DNA of 32,000 bases from Nostoc punctiforme PCC 73102 (GTDB taxonomy: Bacteria; Cyanobacteriota; Cyanobacteriia; Cyanobacteriales; Nostocaceae), in the NCBI RefSeq assembly GCF_000020025.1, contig NC_010628.1:1980001-2012000 (forward strand), written 5' to 3'. Made by a program: the position numbers and the translations under genes. Positions 9,068 through 18,892 of this stretch are shown here, piece by piece (the first letter of the stretch is position 1; each line of letters opens with the position of its first letter). The notes beneath the pieces are model-generated. The model saw only the letters and a list, made by a program, of their open reading frames with translations. It was not told the DNA's origin and ran no database searches.

Positions 9068-11719
9068 TCACTTGTGAATTGCACCCCTGACCAAAATCAC
9101 TGTACTTTCTACACCAGAGGCGATCGCTTCGGGAATATTACCTTGAATCGCCTGCTGCAACAATCCCTCGCGGGAAGCTCCCAAAACTACAACATCGTAA
9201 CCCTCGGTTTTCACTAGGTTAATCACACCTTCAGCTACTGAATCAGCTTGCACTGGGATCGCAACTACAGTACTAGATAATTTTCGCCGCCGCATCAACT
9301 GACGGATGGCTTGTTCTGAAATTGACATATCTGGCTTGAGTTCAGATGGATTAAACACCTGTGTCAAGCGAATTTGCGGATCGTTTCCCAATGTAATTAA
9401 AGCAGGTAACAACTTAATCGCTAGGGGAGAATTGGGACCGCCAGCCATTGGAACTAGCCAGCGATTGAAAGAATGCTGAGTCTGGAGTGCTGTTTGCGGA
9501 TAGCTATGATTTGGCTTGTGCTGAGTTTTGCCCAATTTTACCAAAACTACTTCGCAGGTGGCTTGGCGAATTATGTTGTCTACAACGCTGCCAAAAATCC
9601 GACCAGGGGTAGATGTGTTACCTTTCCATCCCATTAAAATTAGGTCGATGTGTTGTTCGTTGATTGTCTCTAAAATTGCTTGGGCGACATCGTGGGTAAC
9701 TCGAATCTGCGTATGCAAGGGGATTTTCCACTTTTTTGCTAAGACTTCTGCCTGTCTTAGCAAGCGGCGACTTTTTGCCGTTCTTACCTGTGTTTCTGAT
9801 GGAGAACTGTGGCGGGGTATCAGCATAACTTGCACGCAATCTATTTCATAATGGCGATCGCGGGCAATAGCTGCTGCCATTTGTAATAAAATACCTGCAG
9901 TATCGGGATTAGCTACTGGTACTAATAATCTACCTCTACCGATGTTGGGCGATCGCGTTTGGTAAACTATGTATGAAGGTTCTGGTTGCAGCTTAGGAGT
10001 TCCATTTCCACAATTGAGATGATCTGCTTCCGCCCGAATAATATCTGCACGGGTAATAATCCCGATAAGTTTCCGTCCATTTACCACTGGTAAGCGACTG
10101 ATTTGATAGCGATCGAGTAAATACAACACATTGCCCAGAGTGTGAGTCGGTGTTACCGTCATCGGGACAGTTGTCATAATTTCTTTTAAGAAAATATCGG
10201 CTAAATTGCGATCGCGAAATGTGTGGTTTGTACTCTCGCGTATTTTCAACAAATCTGATTGCGTCACAATCCCTACTAACTTGCTATCCTCTACCACAGG
10301 AAAACCGCGATGATGGGAACGAGCAAAGGACTGCATTGCTTCTTCTAAGCTCATCTCTGCATCCAGAGTTTCCACTCGTTCTTGCATCACATCTTTTGCA
10401 GTTAACTTGGTTAATGCTCCCTCCATCGGAACTTGTTTGGTGAGAGTAATACCTTTTAACTCCAAAAGTTTCTCATAAAGCGAACCTGATACTACCTTAT
10501 CCGCAACCAGATAAGCTGCTACAGAAACAATCATTAAAGGTAGTACCAGATTGAAATCTGTAGTCATTTCAAACACAATCACAATTGCTGTGATTGGCAC
10601 TTTGGAAACGGCGCTAAAAAATCCACCCATCCCCGCTAGGGCGTAAGTAGTCGGAGAACCAACTCCAGTGATATATAACTCAGCTACACCGATGATATGT
10701 CCTAAACAAGAACCCAAAATCAGACTGGGAGCGAATAACCCCCCCGGCGCTCCTGAACCAAATGCTATAAGTGTGAGGATGAATTGGGCGGTAAAGGCGA
10801 TCGCTGCTACTGTAGGATGGGAACCTCCAGTAATTAAGGATTCTCGTAACCCCGTATTATCCCGGAACGATGGAGGGAGCATAGCCACGACAACACCAGA
10901 AATAAATCCAGCTAAAGCCACTCGCAACGGTAAGCTGATATGTAATCTTCTATAAAATTTAATACTAAATATTAAGCCGCTATTAAACAATGCACCCAGC
11001 AACCCTGCCAAGATGCCTAACAGTACGAAAAAGGGAATTTCTGGGATAGAAAATTGGCTGGAAGATTGCGTTAATTGCAGGTTAAGGTCAAAAGAGCCAC
11101 CACCTAAGAGTCGGGATATCACCCCACCAATAAAGGAGGCGATAATGGCAGTTCCCAGGGTCAATCCTGATAAATCTTGGAGTAACTCCTCAACGATAAA
11201 CAATACACCTGCGATCGGGGCATTGAAAGCAGCAGCCAAACCCGCACCTGCACCGGCTGCAATCATTTGCCGTCGATGATCTGGGGAAGTGGGAACCCAA
11301 CGACTCATCCCTGCTGCTAAACCTGCCCCCACTTGGACAGTAGGGCCTTGCCGTCCTAGAGTCATGCCTGAACCAATGGCGATGATAGCACTGAGTAACT
11401 TCACACCTGCTACCCGCCAGGATAAATTCACAGGTACATTGGCAAGACTAGCTTTAACTTGCGGAATACCGCTACCATAAGCCTCTGGTGCCAATCTATC
11501 CACCAACCATCCAGCTATAAATCCCAGAACAAGACCAATTACAGGTAGTACCAGCCATGCCGGAAAAAGGTGGGTAGTATGTACTCGCCATGTCCCCAGC
11601 CATCCCGATCCTACTTTCAGGAATACCGCAGATAGGGCAGCAACCAAACCGATAACACAAGCTTCGGCGATCGCTAAACCTCTTCTAGGCTGCCACCAGG
11701 TGCGAAAACGCTGATTCAT
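9068..11719 (-). CDS. ClC-family chloride channel/antiporter fused to a CBS pair and two universal-stress-protein (USP) domains (883 aa)
   Basis: ClC selectivity motifs are GSGIPQV, GRQGPTVQ and GGLFAPSL. Two CBS modules follow (VMQERVETL...GIVTQSDLL; IMTTVPMTV...GIITRADII). Then come two USP-like alpha/beta domains (RLLVPVANPD...DLILMGWKG; WLVPMAGGPNS...DVVVLGASREG). Confidence 0.9.
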   Translation of the reverse strand: MNQRFRTWWQPRRGLAIAEACVIGLVAALSAVFLKVGSGWLGTWRVHTTHLFPAWLVLPVIGLVLGFIAGWLVDRLAPEAYGSGIPQVKASLANVPVNLSWRVAGVKLLSAIIAIGSGMTLGRQGPTVQVGAGLAAGMSRWVPTSPDHRRQMIAAGAGAGLAAAFNAPIAGVLFIVEELLQDLSGLTLGTAIIASFIGGVISRLLGGGSFDLNLQLTQSSSQFSIPEIPFFVLLGILAGLLGALFNSGLIFSIKFYRRLHISLPLRVALAGFISGVVVAMLPPSFRDNTGLRESLITGGSHPTVAAIAFTAQFILTLIAFGSGAPGGLFAPSLILGSCLGHIIGVAELYITGVGSPTTYALAGMGGFFSAVSKVPITAIVIVFEMTTDFNLVLPLMIVSVAAYLVADKVVSGSLYEKLLELKGITLTKQVPMEGALTKLTAKDVMQERVETLDAEMSLEEAMQSFARSHHRGFPVVEDSKLVGIVTQSDLLKIRESTNHTFRDRNLADIFLKEIMTTVPMTVTPTHTLGNVLYLLDRYQISRLPVVNGRKLIGIITRADIIRAEADHLNCGNGTPKLQPEPSYIVYQTRSPNIGRGRLLVPVANPDTAGILLQMAAAIARDRHYEIDCVQVMLIPRHSSPSETQVRTAKSRRLLRQAEVLAKKWKIPLHTQIRVTHDVAQAILETINEQHIDLILMGWKGNTSTPGRIFGSVVDNIIRQATCEVVLVKLGKTQHKPNHSYPQTALQTQHSFNRWLVPMAGGPNSPLAIKLLPALITLGNDPQIRLTQVFNPSELKPDMSISEQAIRQLMRRRKLSSTVVAIPVQADSVAEGVINLVKTEGYDVVVLGASREGLLQQAIQGNIPEAIASGVESTVILVRGAIHK

Positions 11720-11817
11720 ACCAATTTTGGATTTTAAATCTTGGATTACAAATCTTTCCTAAAAAGCTGTTTAGTGGAATCTTAGAGGATGGTTTAAAAA
11801 TCTATCTCAAGGCTCAG

Positions 11818-11846
11818 ATCCCCGACTTCTTAAAGAAGTCGGGGAT
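11818..11846. repeat. Dispersed palindromic hairpin ATCCCCGACTTCTT-AAAGAAGTCGGGGAT
   Basis: Near-perfect 12-14 bp stem read directly. It lies downstream of the PmbA-like gene on the minus strand. A related copy lies at 26973-27006. An AATTACG heptamer tract follows at 11896-11916. Confidence 0.6.
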
Positions 11847-11915
11847 ATTGTTATTCACAAATAATTTAGGATCGCTATACAAAAGCACTCTCCCCAATTA
11901 CGAATTACGAATTAT

Positions 11916-13262
11916 TTAATTGCTTCTCCCCGTGGTAGATAGTCCTTCTACTATCAGAGATGGAGTATAACAAGAACCATTCCAGTCACCATCGTTGCCC
12001 AGTGCAACCACTTGCTTCAGGGCTGTGTAAACATTACCTGCAACCATAGTATCCTTAACGCGCCCAATAACTTGACCATTTTGGACGCGGTAGCCTAAAT
12101 CCACGTTGATCGAAAAATCTCCAGAAATACTGCCACCATCACCCAGCATTTGATCCACAATCAAGCCATCATCTAGTTGTTGAATCAAATCTGGTAGCGA
12201 TGTCGAACCTGGCTGGATGAGAAAATTAAATAAACCAGGAGTGGGATAGCTGCCTAAACCAGGGCGAAAACCATTTCCAGTAGTGTCAGTACCCAATTGG
12301 CGGCCGGTGGTGCGATCGCCATAGAAATGCTGTAAAATCCCGTTTTGGATAAATACTAAAGATTGAGTCGGAGTACCTTCATCATCAAAAGGGCAACTGT
12401 AAGGGCCAGCTTCTGGATCTTGGTAGAGAGTGAGACTGGGGGCAACAACTGGGTTCCCTAAACGTTCTGCCCAAGGTGAAGATATTTCTAAGACTTGCTT
12501 GCCATTCAAAGCGGCTTGCACAGTACCCCAAAGCATATCAGCAGCTTTAGAAGTGAACAAAATCGGGACACGACCAGTAGGGGGTGAGACATTTTCTCTG
12601 GCCCAAATTAATCGTTGTAAAATTTGGTTAGCTAATCTCTCAGGGTGAAGTTCCCCCCGCTTGGTTTGACCATCGGCAACACTTAAAAAATCATCGCCAC
12701 GTACCCATTCTGCTGATACATAGCAGTTAAGGGTAGTATCCGTGTAGTAACAATCTAAACCTTTAGTATTGACTATTCTGGTAGTTTCAATATCACATTC
12801 CCAGTCACCATTGCACACAACATCGGGATAAACATCGCGGATGAGTGCGATCGCTTCTTTGCCCCAGTCTACCAAAATCTCTATCGGTACACTTTCTCCT
12901 AAATCTGGGTAGGAGGGCTGAAAGTTAGAGCCTAATTCTACAGTTTCCGGTTCATTCAGGTGGCTTAATGCCAGAGCTTTTTCCACCATCACTTCGGCTA
13001 ATACAGAACCGTAAGCCACCGTCAGCCCCGGACGACCGTTTCGCCAAAGCCGTAGTGCTGTACCTTCAGATTGGTTGGTTTCTAGCTGTTTGAGCCGGTT
13101 TGCCTCAAAAAACACTGGACGAGAAAGCGATCGCGACTGATACACCTCAGCAGCTTCTGCTCCAGATTTTATAGCTAGTTCCAGCAACTGTTCGGCTAGT
13201 GTATCTTGTGACAAATTTTCAGAACCCATGACCCTTAGTGAATTGTGGATTTTGAACCGCAT
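11916..13262 (-). CDS. TldD/PmbA-family metallopeptidase component, PmbA(TldE)-like (no HExxxH motif)
   Basis: Family-typical blocks are AEVYQSRSLSRPVFFEANRLKQLE, PILFTSKAADML, CPFDDEGTPTQ and TTGNGFR, with a C-terminal TPSLIVEGLSTTG. No HExxxH is present, so it resembles PmbA rather than TldD. An alternative start is ATG at 13229 (MGSENL...). Confidence 0.82.
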   Translation of the reverse strand: MRFKIHNSLRVMGSENLSQDTLAEQLLELAIKSGAEAAEVYQSRSLSRPVFFEANRLKQLETNQSEGTALRLWRNGRPGLTVAYGSVLAEVMVEKALALSHLNEPETVELGSNFQPSYPDLGESVPIEILVDWGKEAIALIRDVYPDVVCNGDWECDIETTRIVNTKGLDCYYTDTTLNCYVSAEWVRGDDFLSVADGQTKRGELHPERLANQILQRLIWARENVSPPTGRVPILFTSKAADMLWGTVQAALNGKQVLEISSPWAERLGNPVVAPSLTLYQDPEAGPYSCPFDDEGTPTQSLVFIQNGILQHFYGDRTTGRQLGTDTTGNGFRPGLGSYPTPGLFNFLIQPGSTSLPDLIQQLDDGLIVDQMLGDGGSISGDFSINVDLGYRVQNGQVIGRVKDTMVAGNVYTALKQVVALGNDGDWNGSCYTPSLIVEGLSTTGRSN

Positions 13263-13443
13263 ATCAACGCACCTTGGAGAAAGTGCGATCGCTAAAAACC
13301 AACGATCGGGCTTTCTGCCGATGGACGCAGATAACTATCCAAAAATCATCAGCGTTTCCTTACAGTTACGATTTGGAACCGCAGATCAAAACTGATGGAC
13401 GCAGTTAATTATCCCAAATCATTGTCATGTCTCAACGGATCTA

Positions 13444-13512
13444 GTCATTTGTCATTGGTCATTTGTCATTTGTCATTTGTCCCCATTCCCCGTTCCCTAT
13501 TCCCCATGCCCA
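13444..13512. repeat. STRR heptamer tract: 5 x GTCATT(T/G), then about 4 x TTCCCC(A/G)-like units
   Basis: Phased 7-nt units read directly. The tract is preceded (13246-13435) by two diverged copies of a GAACCGCA(T/G)ATCAA ... GATGGACGCAG(A/T)TAA(C/T)TATCC(A/C)AAATCAT repeat. Confidence 0.75.
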
Positions 13513-13515
13513 TCT

Positions 13516-14376
13516 TCAAAGATTAACCTCTTGCAAAAGCCAAAAACCAGCAAAAGATTGTGCTTTGGGATCGGACTGTATACCAATAAAATGCACTCCG
13601 TTAGCTTTTTGCTTGGCTTCTTCAAAACCTTTAGCCTCTGCCAAGACTTGAGGTTTTTTGATATTTGCCACAATCCAGCTTTCATTAACACCCGTTTCTA
13701 AAAGCAATCTCGCCTCTTCACTGGTGTCAAATCTTAAGAAAGCCAACTCCAAACCAGACATCCAGCCAGCCAAGGGCAAGGCTCTCGGTGAGAAAATCAA
13801 AATACCAGGAATACGGGCTTCGGGTGAAACTTTCGCCAATTCTAAAGGGAAAGCTTCACCAAAACCAATTTCCCACTCTGGCATTTCAGCCAAATCCGCA
13901 GCATCTAAGGTAACAAATACCCACTGTTGCCCTTCCAAAGCATCTGGTAAACGTTGCGGCAAAGGTTTCTCCAAGCGGACTGAGGGATTAGTCCCCCCTT
14001 GATACCCCGGTTCTTGAGGATAGACTTCCTTCATACGCTCTTCTAGCCATTGGTTAAGAACCAAAGTGCGGCGACTAGGCTGGGCGGGAATGCCTACATC
14101 TTGGCAGGCTTTAGTAATCATGTTGTTCATTTGGCGGCGGAAAAAGCGGATTTTAATTGGTGCTTTTCCCGCTTGGGTAATAGCCTCCTGCAATGCTGTC
14201 CGCAACCAGCCCGAGTTTACCTGGGTACTAGGACAATATTGAGCATAACGAAACAAAGAATCTGGTTTTGTGCCTATATCCAAGGGGCTTTCGCAGACTA
14301 AGACTTCCCAAATTTTTTTCTGATTATCGTCCAAAATCGGACGGGAGTAAAAATCGATTTCCCAAATACTGCCCAT
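13516..14376 (-). CDS. Tab2/ATAB2-family RNA-binding protein homologue (DUF1092) (286 aa)
   Basis: The N-terminus WEIDFYSRPILDDNQKKIWEVLVCESP is the signature start of cyanobacterial Tab2 homologues. Length and layout fit. Confidence 0.78.
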   Translation of the reverse strand: MGSIWEIDFYSRPILDDNQKKIWEVLVCESPLDIGTKPDSLFRYAQYCPSTQVNSGWLRTALQEAITQAGKAPIKIRFFRRQMNNMITKACQDVGIPAQPSRRTLVLNQWLEERMKEVYPQEPGYQGGTNPSVRLEKPLPQRLPDALEGQQWVFVTLDAADLAEMPEWEIGFGEAFPLELAKVSPEARIPGILIFSPRALPLAGWMSGLELAFLRFDTSEEARLLLETGVNESWIVANIKKPQVLAEAKGFEEAKQKANGVHFIGIQSDPKAQSFAGFWLLQEVNL

Positions 14377-14440
14377 GTTTTGCGGTAAAAATCTGGCTGT
14401 TATGTTTTCCTGATATCTCGATCATACGAGTGTTGGGGCA

Positions 14441-14475
14441 GCATTGGGCATTGGGAATTTGGAATGGGGCATTGG
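14441..14475. repeat. STRR heptamer tract (GCATTGG-type, 5 units)
   Basis: GCATTGG GCATTGG GAATTTG GAATGGG GCATTGG, read directly. Confidence 0.65.
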
Positions 14476-14580
14476 ACATAGAGAAGAGACAAGGGAGACA
14501 AGGAAGAAACTTGTTCAATAATTCTCCCTTGTCCCCCAATACTGCTCGGTTAAACATTTTTAACTCGGCATTGGGTTTGG

Positions 14581-14652
14581 GGTAAAGGTTAAAGGGTAAA
14601 GGGTAAAGGTTAAAGGTTTTTTCTTTCCCCTTTCCCCCGCCCCTTATCCCCA
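14581..14652. repeat. STRR tract (GGTAAAG/GTTAAAG x5) followed by a complementary C-rich arm, giving a long imperfect hairpin
   Basis: GGTAAAGGTTAAAGGGTAAAGGGTAAAGGTTAAAGG, then TTTTTT, then CTTTCCCCTTTCCCCCGCCCCTTATCCCC. It lies between the phosphoesterase 3' end and the Tab2 5' end. Confidence 0.6.
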
Positions 14653-14722
14653 GAGGGGACCCCACCTTCCCTTTTCCCCAAAACCCGACAAGTATTGCCT
14701 TGTCTCCTTGTCCCCCTGATAT

Positions 14723-15871
14723 CTATTGTTTAGTAAAAAGAGGTGTCATGGGCTTGACTCCTTTAGCTGTATCGCCCGCCAGATTTAGGTATTCGTAGAT
14801 TCCAAAAGCATCCTCAGTGGTTCGCAATAGTGAGTAGTGATTATAGGGTGTTTTATCCACTACACTCCGTGAACCGTGGTTAGTAATTACAATGGTCGCA
14901 ATGTGACCACCACCAAAGTTAGCATTACTCTTGGGGTCAGAACCGCAACAACCTTGAGTGTCTTTTTTGCCGCGTGGATTATTATCTTCATCCCAAGTAA
15001 TGACGATCGCATTATTCCCTGATGCAGCCCAAAGCTTTGAGGTAGTGATTTGTTTGACAACATTACCAATCATCGTGTCACCAGTTTTAATTAGTTTTTG
15101 CAGATCGGGACACTCTTGTAAACCGTGCATTTCATGGCATTGATTAAATATAATATGACTATAATTGGGAACATTGCCGCTTTTTAGGTCAGTAGCAAGC
15201 TGCTCAAAACCCACAATTTTACTTGACAAATTAGGATCGTCTTGTACTTTTTTGAAGTTGATAAAACCGTTATGTTTTGAGGCATACAGCGCTCGGTTTA
15301 GACTAGGAGCAACAACAGCTTTAGAACCTGGGGTGGGAATATCTTCAAAGTATCCCTTCCAAGTTAGACCCTTCTCTTCTAGTTGGTCGATTAAGCTTTT
15401 AGAGGCGATAGTGTGACTAACATAGTCAGATTTTTGAGAATTCTGACAAAACTTGTCAGCACTACCAATCTGGCAATAAAAAGCATCATCATCATGGATA
15501 CCAAAAGTACTACCACCTAACATAGCGACGTAGTTAGCCTCGCTAGGATGAACTTCAGCATAGAAATTGCTAGCAAAACCGTAAGTTTTTGCTAGTTGAT
15601 TGATTATTGGTGCATTGGAGTTGCCAATAATTTGATTGGAGGATTTATTTTCCTCAATAATCACAAAAATACGATCGTATCTAGGGATTGCTTTATCTTC
15701 TTTGGTTGGGACAGAGGCTACTAGTGCGGTATTTTCATTTATGATGGTTTTTTTGCTGGGTTCCGTCTTTGTGAGTACTTGAGAATTTGATGAGCAAGCG
15801 ATCGCAGTCAGGCTTAAACTAAGTAAACAAAGCGCAAAAATAACCTGTTGAGGCGTTTGGTGTGCTGACAT
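14723..15871 (-). CDS. Secreted/lipoprotein phosphoesterase-family enzyme (AcpA/phospholipase-C-type acid phosphatase family) (382 aa)
   Basis: Lipobox-like signal LSLSLTAIAC|SS. The blocks RIFVIIEENKSSNQIIG, HPSEANYVAMLGGSTFG and AIVITWDEDN are typical of the phosphoesterase (PLC/AcpA) family. Confidence 0.72.
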   Translation of the reverse strand: MSAHQTPQQVIFALCLLSLSLTAIACSSNSQVLTKTEPSKKTIINENTALVASVPTKEDKAIPRYDRIFVIIEENKSSNQIIGNSNAPIINQLAKTYGFASNFYAEVHPSEANYVAMLGGSTFGIHDDDAFYCQIGSADKFCQNSQKSDYVSHTIASKSLIDQLEEKGLTWKGYFEDIPTPGSKAVVAPSLNRALYASKHNGFINFKKVQDDPNLSSKIVGFEQLATDLKSGNVPNYSHIIFNQCHEMHGLQECPDLQKLIKTGDTMIGNVVKQITTSKLWAASGNNAIVITWDEDNNPRGKKDTQGCCGSDPKSNANFGGGHIATIVITNHGSRSVVDKTPYNHYSLLRTTEDAFGIYEYLNLAGDTAKGVKPMTPLFTKQ

Positions 15872-15960
15872 AACTAATATTTAGTATTATCAGCTGTTGA
15901 GTATATGCTGTGTTGTGTTTAAATTCGAGAAAAAATAGCGATCGCTAAAGTATCTCCTTA

Positions 15961-16608
15961 TTAACCACGATTGATCCAAACGCCTCTGAGTCCAGCTGCT
16001 TTAGCGGCGTAGTAGTCTTCTACAACGCTATCGCCAATATGCCATGCTGCCTCTGGGGAACATTTATGTTTATCTAAGGCAATAGCAAAAATTTGAGGAT
16101 CGGGTTTAGCTGCACGTACCTGGGTAGCAATGGTGACGGAGGTAAAAAACTCTCTCAATCCCAAACTTTGCAATACTGAATAAATCCGGGAATCAAAATT
16201 GGATAGCACCCCCAAAGTAACTCCCAACCGCCGCCAGTTGATTAAAGCTGGTAAGACATCGGGATAGACAAACCACGGTTCGCCAGTGCCAAAGTGGATG
16301 TAAAGTTCGCTAAAAAAAGCTGAAAAGTCAGAAAATTCTTTGAGAACACCTGCACTTTCAAAAGTGTTCAGGGCAATTATCCGCCACCAATCAAACTCGC
16401 GTTGGGGAATATCTTGGAGTTCTGCATCTGGAAATATCGGCGGCGGGGCTGCTTTAAAGCTTTTGATGAAGGCTTTATTCAATGTTTCGGCTGGAACCGT
16501 CACACCAAATTCCTCAGCTATCTGACTATAAACTTTACCCACACTGCCTTTAACATCGAAGAGTGTACCCACAGCATCTAAAAAAATAACTTTCGGTTGT
16601 TCCATCAA
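15961..16608 (-). CDS. HAD-superfamily hydrolase, subfamily IA (215 aa)
   Basis: Motif I is FLDAVGTLF (DxxGT variant). Later motifs are VLSNFDSR and a C-terminal HIGDSVVEDYYAAKAAG. Confidence 0.8.
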   Translation of the reverse strand: MMEQPKVIFLDAVGTLFDVKGSVGKVYSQIAEEFGVTVPAETLNKAFIKSFKAAPPPIFPDAELQDIPQREFDWWRIIALNTFESAGVLKEFSDFSAFFSELYIHFGTGEPWFVYPDVLPALINWRRLGVTLGVLSNFDSRIYSVLQSLGLREFFTSVTIATQVRAAKPDPQIFAIALDKHKCSPEAAWHIGDSVVEDYYAAKAAGLRGVWINRG

Positions 16609-16710
16609 AGTTTGAAGATTTTGAATGTGGAATTTTAGATTTTGGCTTGTTAAAAGCTTCTGTGGGTAGAGTCTAGCATCTCCTAAGTAAGTTGGCGGAA
16701 ATAAACCAAA

Positions 16711-16750
16711 TCATTGTTACTGGTCATTTGTCATTAGTCCCAATTCCCCA
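16711..16750. repeat. STRR heptamer tract (TCATTGT TACTGGT CATTTGT CATTAGT CCCAATT CCCCA)
   Basis: Read directly. It is followed by a dispersed-repeat hairpin, CGACTGCGC (16802-16810) / GCGCAGTCG (16820-16828). Confidence 0.65.
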
Positions 16751-16868
16751 TACTTCTCTACGAGAGGCTGCGCCCTAAGCGTAGCTATGCCGCAGGCTTT
16801 ACGACTGCGCGGTAGTTGAGCGCAGTCGAAACTCAGTACAAGTTCCCCATTCCCAATTCCGAATTAAG

Positions 16869-18062
16869 TTACTTAGAAAGTGTCTCGATGATTGGACGCA
16901 CTAGCCAATTAAAACCAACTTTGAGTTGATGGTCTAAAGTTGGCAACCTATATAAATAGGCAATCCGACGAGCGACGGATGCCAAGGGGCCATCTAGTTT
17001 AATTCCCAAACCAGTAAGGGTGGCATTGTTTTTACCCAATGTCATCATTTCTCCTAACTGTTGGTAGTGGAAAGGAAGGAGAGGACGATTAGTGAGACTT
17101 GCCCAAATATTCCAAGCAGTATAATCAGCTTGTTGAAAAGCCGCTTGTGCCGTGGCGGGGACTTGCTGTCCTTCAACATCATGACAGTCTGCTAAATCTC
17201 CCAAAGCAAAGATTTCTGGATGATCGATGACTTGTAGATTGGATGTAGTGTTAATTTGACCGCGCTGATTTTGCTTGAGGGGAAGAGATTTCACTACAGG
17301 CGCAACCTTATTTCCCACAGTCCAAATTACCAAATCTACGGGAATCGTGTCTAACTGGTTTTTGTACTCTAGGGTGATGCTATTTTGCTCTATTAATTCG
17401 ACTTTGGTTTCTAAATCTAGAAACACGCCACGGGCATCTAAAGCTTTTTTTGCTGCTTCCCGGTTAAACTCTGGAGAAGTTCGCAAAATTTGATCGGCAA
17501 TTTCAACGATCCGAAAGCGTCCTCTTTCACCGAGTCTGTCGGCTAACTTACAGGCTAACTCTACACCACTGTAGCCAGCCCCAATAATTGCTACCCGAAT
17601 TTTATCAGCATCCGATTCTTCTAAAAATCGCAGGCGTTCTTCTAAGCGATAGGCATCAGAAATTGTGCGGAATGGGTAGCCGTAGGCTGCCGCACCGGGG
17701 ACTAAATCTAGCGGTGTCTCACCTCCTAGTGCCAGTACTAAGCGATCGTAAGGGATTTCTGGCCCTTCATGTATGTCTACCCGTTGCTGCTCAATGTCAA
17801 TTCCAGACACAACCCCTTGATAAAAACGCACGCCTGTGCCTTGTAAAAGTTCTTCAAAGGGTGGGGCAATTTCCCAGGTTTGCAGTTCGCCAGTGAGTAA
17901 TTCGTAAAGTAAAGGGGAGAATAGGAAGCGATCGCTTTGATCTACCAAAACAATTTCGGGTTTTTGCGTAGATTCCCAAGGTAATTGGCTTAAGCGCAAG
18001 GCTGTGTAGAGACCACCAAAGCCTCCGCCAAGGATACAAATTCTAGAATTTTGTTGAGTCAT
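16869..18062 (-). CDS. Type-2 NAD(P)H dehydrogenase (NDH-2) / FAD-dependent pyridine-nucleotide oxidoreductase (397 aa)
   Basis: Two Rossmann dinucleotide folds (ICILGGGFGGLYTA and VAIIGAGYSGVELA) and a C-terminal IFALGDLA motif. Its size resembles the NdbB class of cyanobacterial NDH-2, but I cannot verify that assignment. Confidence 0.85.
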   Translation of the reverse strand: MTQQNSRICILGGGFGGLYTALRLSQLPWESTQKPEIVLVDQSDRFLFSPLLYELLTGELQTWEIAPPFEELLQGTGVRFYQGVVSGIDIEQQRVDIHEGPEIPYDRLVLALGGETPLDLVPGAAAYGYPFRTISDAYRLEERLRFLEESDADKIRVAIIGAGYSGVELACKLADRLGERGRFRIVEIADQILRTSPEFNREAAKKALDARGVFLDLETKVELIEQNSITLEYKNQLDTIPVDLVIWTVGNKVAPVVKSLPLKQNQRGQINTTSNLQVIDHPEIFALGDLADCHDVEGQQVPATAQAAFQQADYTAWNIWASLTNRPLLPFHYQQLGEMMTLGKNNATLTGLGIKLDGPLASVARRIAYLYRLPTLDHQLKVGFNWLVRPIIETLSK

Positions 18063-18244
18063 CGATTTTATCTATAAAAGGATCAATACAAGCTGGGCAA
18101 CTAACTTCAGTCTAGTCAGTTAAAGCGGACTTTTCAAAATCACATCAAGTTTTTGAGAGATTAATCATTAATGGTCACAGTTATCTAACGGTCGATTCGC
18201 TATATTTAACGGTTAACAGGCAACGGCTAAAAGGAGTTGAAGAG

Positions 18245-18868
18245 ATGGAAATTAAGCCAACTGACCCATCGCTAGCACTCATGGAAATTCCCCCTGGCTA
18301 TCTCAACATTATGGGTTACGTCGATCAGTCAGAAGTTAATGGCCCTGGTTGTCGTGCAGTCGTCTGGGTACAAGGTTGTCTTCGTGAGTGTCCTGGCTGC
18401 TTTAATACTAACTCCTGGTCATTTGAGGCTAACCAATTGATTGCTGTTGATACCCTTGCCGAGAATATTCTCAGCAATCCACGCAATATGGGTGTAACAT
18501 TCTCTGGTGGAGAACCATTTTGGCAAGCAACTGCATTGGCATCTTTAGCTCGTAAAGTAAAAGCTGCTGGGTTAAATATAATGTCTTTTTCTGGGTTCAC
18601 TCTCAAGCAACTACAGTCTCAATCTGCGCCGCCAGGTTCTCAAGAATTGTTAGAACAACTTGATATCTTAATTGACGGGCCTTTTGTCCAATCTCTGGCA
18701 ATTAATTCTCCTAACTCTCCAGTTTCTTCTAGCAATCAACGGGTTCGTGTCTTAAACCCGGCTTTCCAAGACCAAATTACTTGGGCTAGCGATCAGATAG
18801 AAGTCCACATCCTCAAGGATGGTGGCCGCATTGTCACTGGTTATCAAGGTGGACTGGAATTAACGTAG
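18245..18868 (+). CDS. NrdG-family radical-SAM glycyl-radical-enzyme activase (anaerobic RNR activating-protein-like) (207 aa)
   Basis: VNGPGCRAVVWVQGCLRECPGCFN carries the CX3CX2C cluster motif in the NrdG context. SGGEPF, IDGPFVQSL and SSSNQRV parallel E. coli NrdG blocks (SGGDP, VDGKFVQDL, GSSNQ). Confidence 0.72.
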   Translation: MEIKPTDPSLALMEIPPGYLNIMGYVDQSEVNGPGCRAVVWVQGCLRECPGCFNTNSWSFEANQLIAVDTLAENILSNPRNMGVTFSGGEPFWQATALASLARKVKAAGLNIMSFSGFTLKQLQSQSAPPGSQELLEQLDILIDGPFVQSLAINSPNSPVSSSNQRVRVLNPAFQDQITWASDQIEVHILKDGGRIVTGYQGGLELT

Positions 18869-18892
18869 AGGCGCAGAAGTAGGTCGATAGGA

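Noticed and set aside
9528-11480. Several 60-107-aa ORFs overlapping the ClC gene on both strands.
   Set aside because: They are embedded in a strongly supported 883-aa CDS, and their products are compositionally odd (Pro/Arg/Ser-rich).
13463-14665. ORFs 13463-13701, 13497-13691, 13658-14002, 14050-14301, 14268-14585 and 14324-14665.
   Set aside because: They run through STRR tracts or overlap the well-supported Tab2-family CDS, and none has a family signature.
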